Shown here: positions 34,962 through 37,730 of the stretch, in pieces
Numbering within the stretch: position 1 is the first letter of the stretch
Layout of the letters: every line of letters begins with the position of its first letter
DNA from: a bacterium
GTDB lineage: Bacteria > Patescibacteriota > Minisyncoccia > Portnoybacterales > GWB1-42-6
Assembly (NCBI GenBank): GCA_043800535.1
Contig: JAZDMV010000009.1
Coordinates: 1-37,730 of the forward strand
Reading direction: 5' to 3'
Length of the DNA stretch: 37,730 nucleotides
The notes under the pieces: model-generated
Told to the model about the DNA's origin: nothing
Database searches by the model: none
The model's input: the letters and a program-made list of their open reading frames with translations, nothing else
Position numbers and translations under genes: made by a program

Positions 34962-36365
34962 ATGAGATTACATTTTTTAGGCGGGACAAGAATTGCTTCG
35001 GGCAACAGCTATCTGCTTGAAGTTAATGATAAAAAGATCCTGATTGATTGCGGGATGTATCAGGGCAACAAAAAACTGGAGAATAAAAATTTCGGCCCTT
35101 TTGATTTTGCGCCGCAGGAAATTGATTTTGTCATAGTGACACATTCTCACCTTGACCATATCGGCCGCCTGCCGATGCTCATAAAAGAAGGATTTCGAGG
35201 CAAAATTTTTGCTACGCCCCCGACCATTGAGTTTACACGAGTAATGCTGGAAGACACACGGCGGGTTTTGCAGGAAAAGGCGCAGAAGGCCGGCCGCCTG
35301 CCCCTTTTTGCCGAAAAAGAAATAGATGAAATGATGAATTTTTTTGAGGCCATTGAGTATCATGAAAAAAAAGAATTGGCTCCGGGAATATCATTTGAAT
35401 TTTTTGAGGCGGGCCATATTCTGGGCTCGGCATTTGTCAAGTTAGAAGTTAAAAGTTTACCCCGTGGGAGCGAAACGACTTTACGGGATGAAAAGTTAAA
35501 AGTTGGCCGGACGATTGTGTTTTCAGGGGATTTGGGCAATACGCCTGTGCCGATCTTGCGGCCGCTTGAAACAATCCAGGAAGCTGATTATGTTCTGGTG
35601 GAATCGGTCTACGGAGACCGCCTGCACGAAACAAACAAGGAAGCGAAGGAAACGGTGGAGGACGCGGTTGAGGATGCGATTTCCAAAAAAGGCGTGCTTA
35701 TGATACCCAGTTTTGCCATGGAGCGGGCCCAGCAGCTTTTGTATCATTTAAATGAATTGGTGGAAAACAAGCGCATTCCGGCCGTGCCGATATTTTTTGA
35801 CAGCCCCTTGGCAATTCGCATCACAAAGATCTATGAAAAGTTTCCGCAGTATTTTAATAAAGAAGCGCAGGGGTTGATAAAATCAGGCGATGATATTTTT
35901 AAGTTTCCTGGTTTAAGGATAACCTCTTCAGTTAAAGAATCAAAAGGAATAAATGATATCCCGGCGCCAAAAATTATTATTGCCGGCTCGGGAATGTCAC
36001 AGGGCGGCAGGATACTGCATCATGAGGCCCGATACCTGCCAGATGCAAAAAATACGCTTTTGATGGTCACTTATCAGGCGGCAGGCACGCTTGGCCGTCA
36101 AATTCTTGAGGGCGAAAATGAGGTTGAGATTTTAGACCAAAAAATTCCGGTTCGGGCAGCAATTAAGAGCATCAGCGGCTATTCTGCGCATGCGGACCAA
36201 AAAGGACTGGTTGAGTGGCTGGAAGCAATACGCAAGCCAATTAAAAAGATTTTTGTTGTGCAGGGCGAGGAAAAACCGGCGCTGGCGCTGGTGCAGATAA
36301 TTAAAGACCGGATGGGAATTGTGGCCGAAGCGCCGGAGATGGGGGATGTGGTGGAATTGGAATGA
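34962..36365 (+). CDS. MBL-fold beta-CASP ribonuclease-like hydrolase
   Basis: LIDCG, THSHLDHIG, AGHILGS, FSGDLG, ESVYG, GSGM..GGR, YSAHAD. Confidence 0.93.
   Translation: MRLHFLGGTRIASGNSYLLEVNDKKILIDCGMYQGNKKLENKNFGPFDFAPQEIDFVIVTHSHLDHIGRLPMLIKEGFRGKIFATPPTIEFTRVMLEDTRRVLQEKAQKAGRLPLFAEKEIDEMMNFFEAIEYHEKKELAPGISFEFFEAGHILGSAFVKLEVKSLPRGSETTLRDEKLKVGRTIVFSGDLGNTPVPILRPLETIQEADYVLVESVYGDRLHETNKEAKETVEDAVEDAISKKGVLMIPSFAMERAQQLLYHLNELVENKRIPAVPIFFDSPLAIRITKIYEKFPQYFNKEAQGLIKSGDDIFKFPGLRITSSVKESKGINDIPAPKIIIAGSGMSQGGRILHHEARYLPDAKNTLLMVTYQAAGTLGRQILEGENEVEILDQKIPVRAAIKSISGYSAHADQKGLVEWLEAIRKPIKKIFVVQGEEKPALALVQIIKDRMGIVAEAPEMGDVVELE
35439..35504. repeat. In-frame aaagtt repeats with an embedded palindrome in the beta-CASP gene
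   Basis: aagttagaagttaaaagttt-accccgt...acgggat-gaaaagttaaaagtt. Confidence 0.7.
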
Positions 36366-36433
36366 GTGATAAATAGAGAAGAATCAAGGCGTTGGACTTT
36401 TGTGAACGGCTGAGATAAAATATAAACAGATTA

Positions 36434-36589
36434 TGACCCGCGCACCAATTTTGGAAACAATATAGGCGGCGGTCTGCTTCGTCCATAAAGGGATGGCCTA
36501 TTCGGCCACGCATACCGCAAAAGCAAAGCCGACTTAATCTATTTGATAATTTTTTTTAAAAAAAAGCGGCAAAATTAGTGCGGGGTTCA
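36434..36589. mobile_element. MITE-like element with imperfect terminal inverted repeats
   Basis: tgacccgcgcaccaatttt ... aaaattagtgcggggttca. Confidence 0.55.
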
Positions 36590-36645
36590 CATTTTCTAGC
36601 TAAAATTTCTACGCTGTTGCGCAGCTTGAAATTTTAGAGAAAATT

Positions 36646-37254
36646 ATGAAGAAACTTGCTTCCAGTTATCTAAAATATAAAATTTGTGTCTCCGGCGCGG
36701 CCGAAACCGATTGTTGCGCGCCGGGCGCGCTTGAAAAAGCCAAAGAAGTGGGGCGGGAAATTGTCCGGCACAATGGCGTTTTGGTAACCGGCGCCACTAC
36801 CGGCATTCCTTATTGGGCGGCTATTGGCGCCAAAGAAGAAGGCGGAATTTCTATCGGTCTTTCGCCCGCTGCTTCGGAAATCGCCCATGTTAAAACATAC
36901 CATCTGCCGGTTGATTATTTTGACATGATTATTTATACAGGTTTTGAATATGCAGGCAGAAATCTTTTGCTGACCAGGTCTTCGGATGCCGTCATTGTTG
37001 TCTGCGGAAGGATGGGCACGCTTAACGAATTCACTATTGCCTTTGAAGACCAGAAACCCATCGGAATCCTGACAGAAACCGGCGGCATGTCAGATTTTAT
37101 AGATGATATAGTTGAAAAGGCCAATCGCGGGCCAGGAAAGATCATCTATGATTCTGACCCGAAAAGATTAGTAGAAAAGGTGATTGAGCTGGTTGAGAAA
37201 GAGAAAGTAGTAAGAATAGAGAAGAGGCCGAAGATAGATAAAAGCGAGTCATAA
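36646..37254 (+). CDS. LOG/SLOG family nucleotide-binding protein
   Basis: ICVSG, LVTGATTG, GA.EEGG.SIGLSP, TG...GRN.LL.RSSDAVI..G..GTLNE. Confidence 0.85.
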   Translation: MKKLASSYLKYKICVSGAAETDCCAPGALEKAKEVGREIVRHNGVLVTGATTGIPYWAAIGAKEEGGISIGLSPAASEIAHVKTYHLPVDYFDMIIYTGFEYAGRNLLLTRSSDAVIVVCGRMGTLNEFTIAFEDQKPIGILTETGGMSDFIDDIVEKANRGPGKIIYDSDPKRLVEKVIELVEKEKVVRIEKRPKIDKSES

Positions 37255-37259
37255 AGGAA

Positions 37260-37319
37260 GCCCGCCTTCGCCCATCCTTTGCGTAAAGCTTCGGATGGCA
37301 CGGCAAGGCTACGGCGGGC
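37260..37319. repeat. Nested gcccgccttcgcc...aaggctacggcgggc palindrome
   Basis: Outer element interrupted by catcctttgcgtaaagcttcggatggcacggc (37273-37304). Confidence 0.75.
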
Positions 37320-37385
37320 GCTGACCGAAGCACATAGGTTTAAATAATTAATTTATGTGCTTGGTCGCGAAAGGGGGTGTCAAAT

Positions 37386-37643
37386 ATGGCAGAAGAAAAA
37401 TTAGTCGGCAAGATCGTGCATTTCTACACCAATATCGGTGTGGGAATAATTGAGCTGACTGATGAATTAAAAGTCGGCGATAAAATTCACATAAAAGGCC
37501 ACACCAGCGATTTTGAGCAGACAGTTGATTCAATGCAGATCGAACACGAAAACGTGCAGGCCGCCAAAGCTGGCGACTCCGTCGGTTTAAAAGCTAGCAA
37601 TAACGTGAAGGAAGGCGATGAAGTGTTTAAGGTTTTAGAATAA
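37386..37643 (+). CDS. Small EF-Tu domain-2-like beta-barrel protein (start MAEEK)
   Basis: VGKI.HFY..IGVGII.L...LKVGDKIHIKG..DFEQ.V.SMQIEH..A.AGD.VG.K...V.EGD.VFKV. Confidence 0.82.
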   Translation: MAEEKLVGKIVHFYTNIGVGIIELTDELKVGDKIHIKGHTSDFEQTVDSMQIEHENVQAAKAGDSVGLKASNNVKEGDEVFKVLE

Positions 37644-37659
37644 GGCAAGGATCATTTTT

Positions 37660-37730
37660 ATGCGTAATAGGAGCTTTCTTTACGCGCTATCAACGCTGGT
37701 TGGTATGATTATTGGTGTGGGAATTTTTGG
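37660..37730 (+). CDS. Amino-acid permease family protein, N-terminus (runs off window end)
   Basis: MRNRSFLYALSTLVGMIIGVGIF matches the first TM helix (G.IIG.GIF) of APC/aromatic amino-acid permeases. Confidence 0.65.
   Translation, partial: MRNRSFLYALSTLVGMIIGVGIF

Noticed and set aside
36362-36545. Possible gene remnant after the beta-CASP gene (and ORF 36301-36513)
   Set aside because: Only short interrupted frames with no recognisable motif; mostly explained by the IR element

Overview
Bacterial chromosomal window. The gene set and order (yebC-ruvC, LTD surface protein, PilB, degenerate DHH protein, tsaE-polA, DUF3048, holA/rpsT, uvrB, ruvA, FemABX, murE, beta-CASP RNase, SLOG) suggest a Patescibacteria/CPR (Parcubacteria-like) genome; this is inference. 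Four things stand out. (1) An accessory block at ~30.0-34.7 kb holds a divergent Ku homologue with no LigD, followed by a 964-aa protein. That protein fuses a RecB/Cas4-type PD-(D/E)xK nuclease, three beta-clamp-binding-like motifs and a DnaG-like zinc-finger/TOPRIM core with altered catalytic acids. Two small Zn-finger genes converge on it. This is the best candidate for an undescribed system. (2) Several families of short palindromic and tandem repeats occur between genes, nested inside each other, and in frame inside polA, uvrB, femABX, murE and the beta-CASP gene. A GIY-YIG gene at the window edge carries one family's end motif. (3) A ~165-nt structured RNA candidate has its 3' 82 bp duplicated around a two-gene cassette, and a separate ~190-bp covarying element occurs twice. 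(4) There is a tandem double-ATPase PilB and a FIST/orphan-SBP/kinase/double-REC signalling cluster. Four probable genes missing from the ORF track were found by eye. No rRNA, tRNA or CRISPR array was seen. All family calls come from motif recognition, not database searches.
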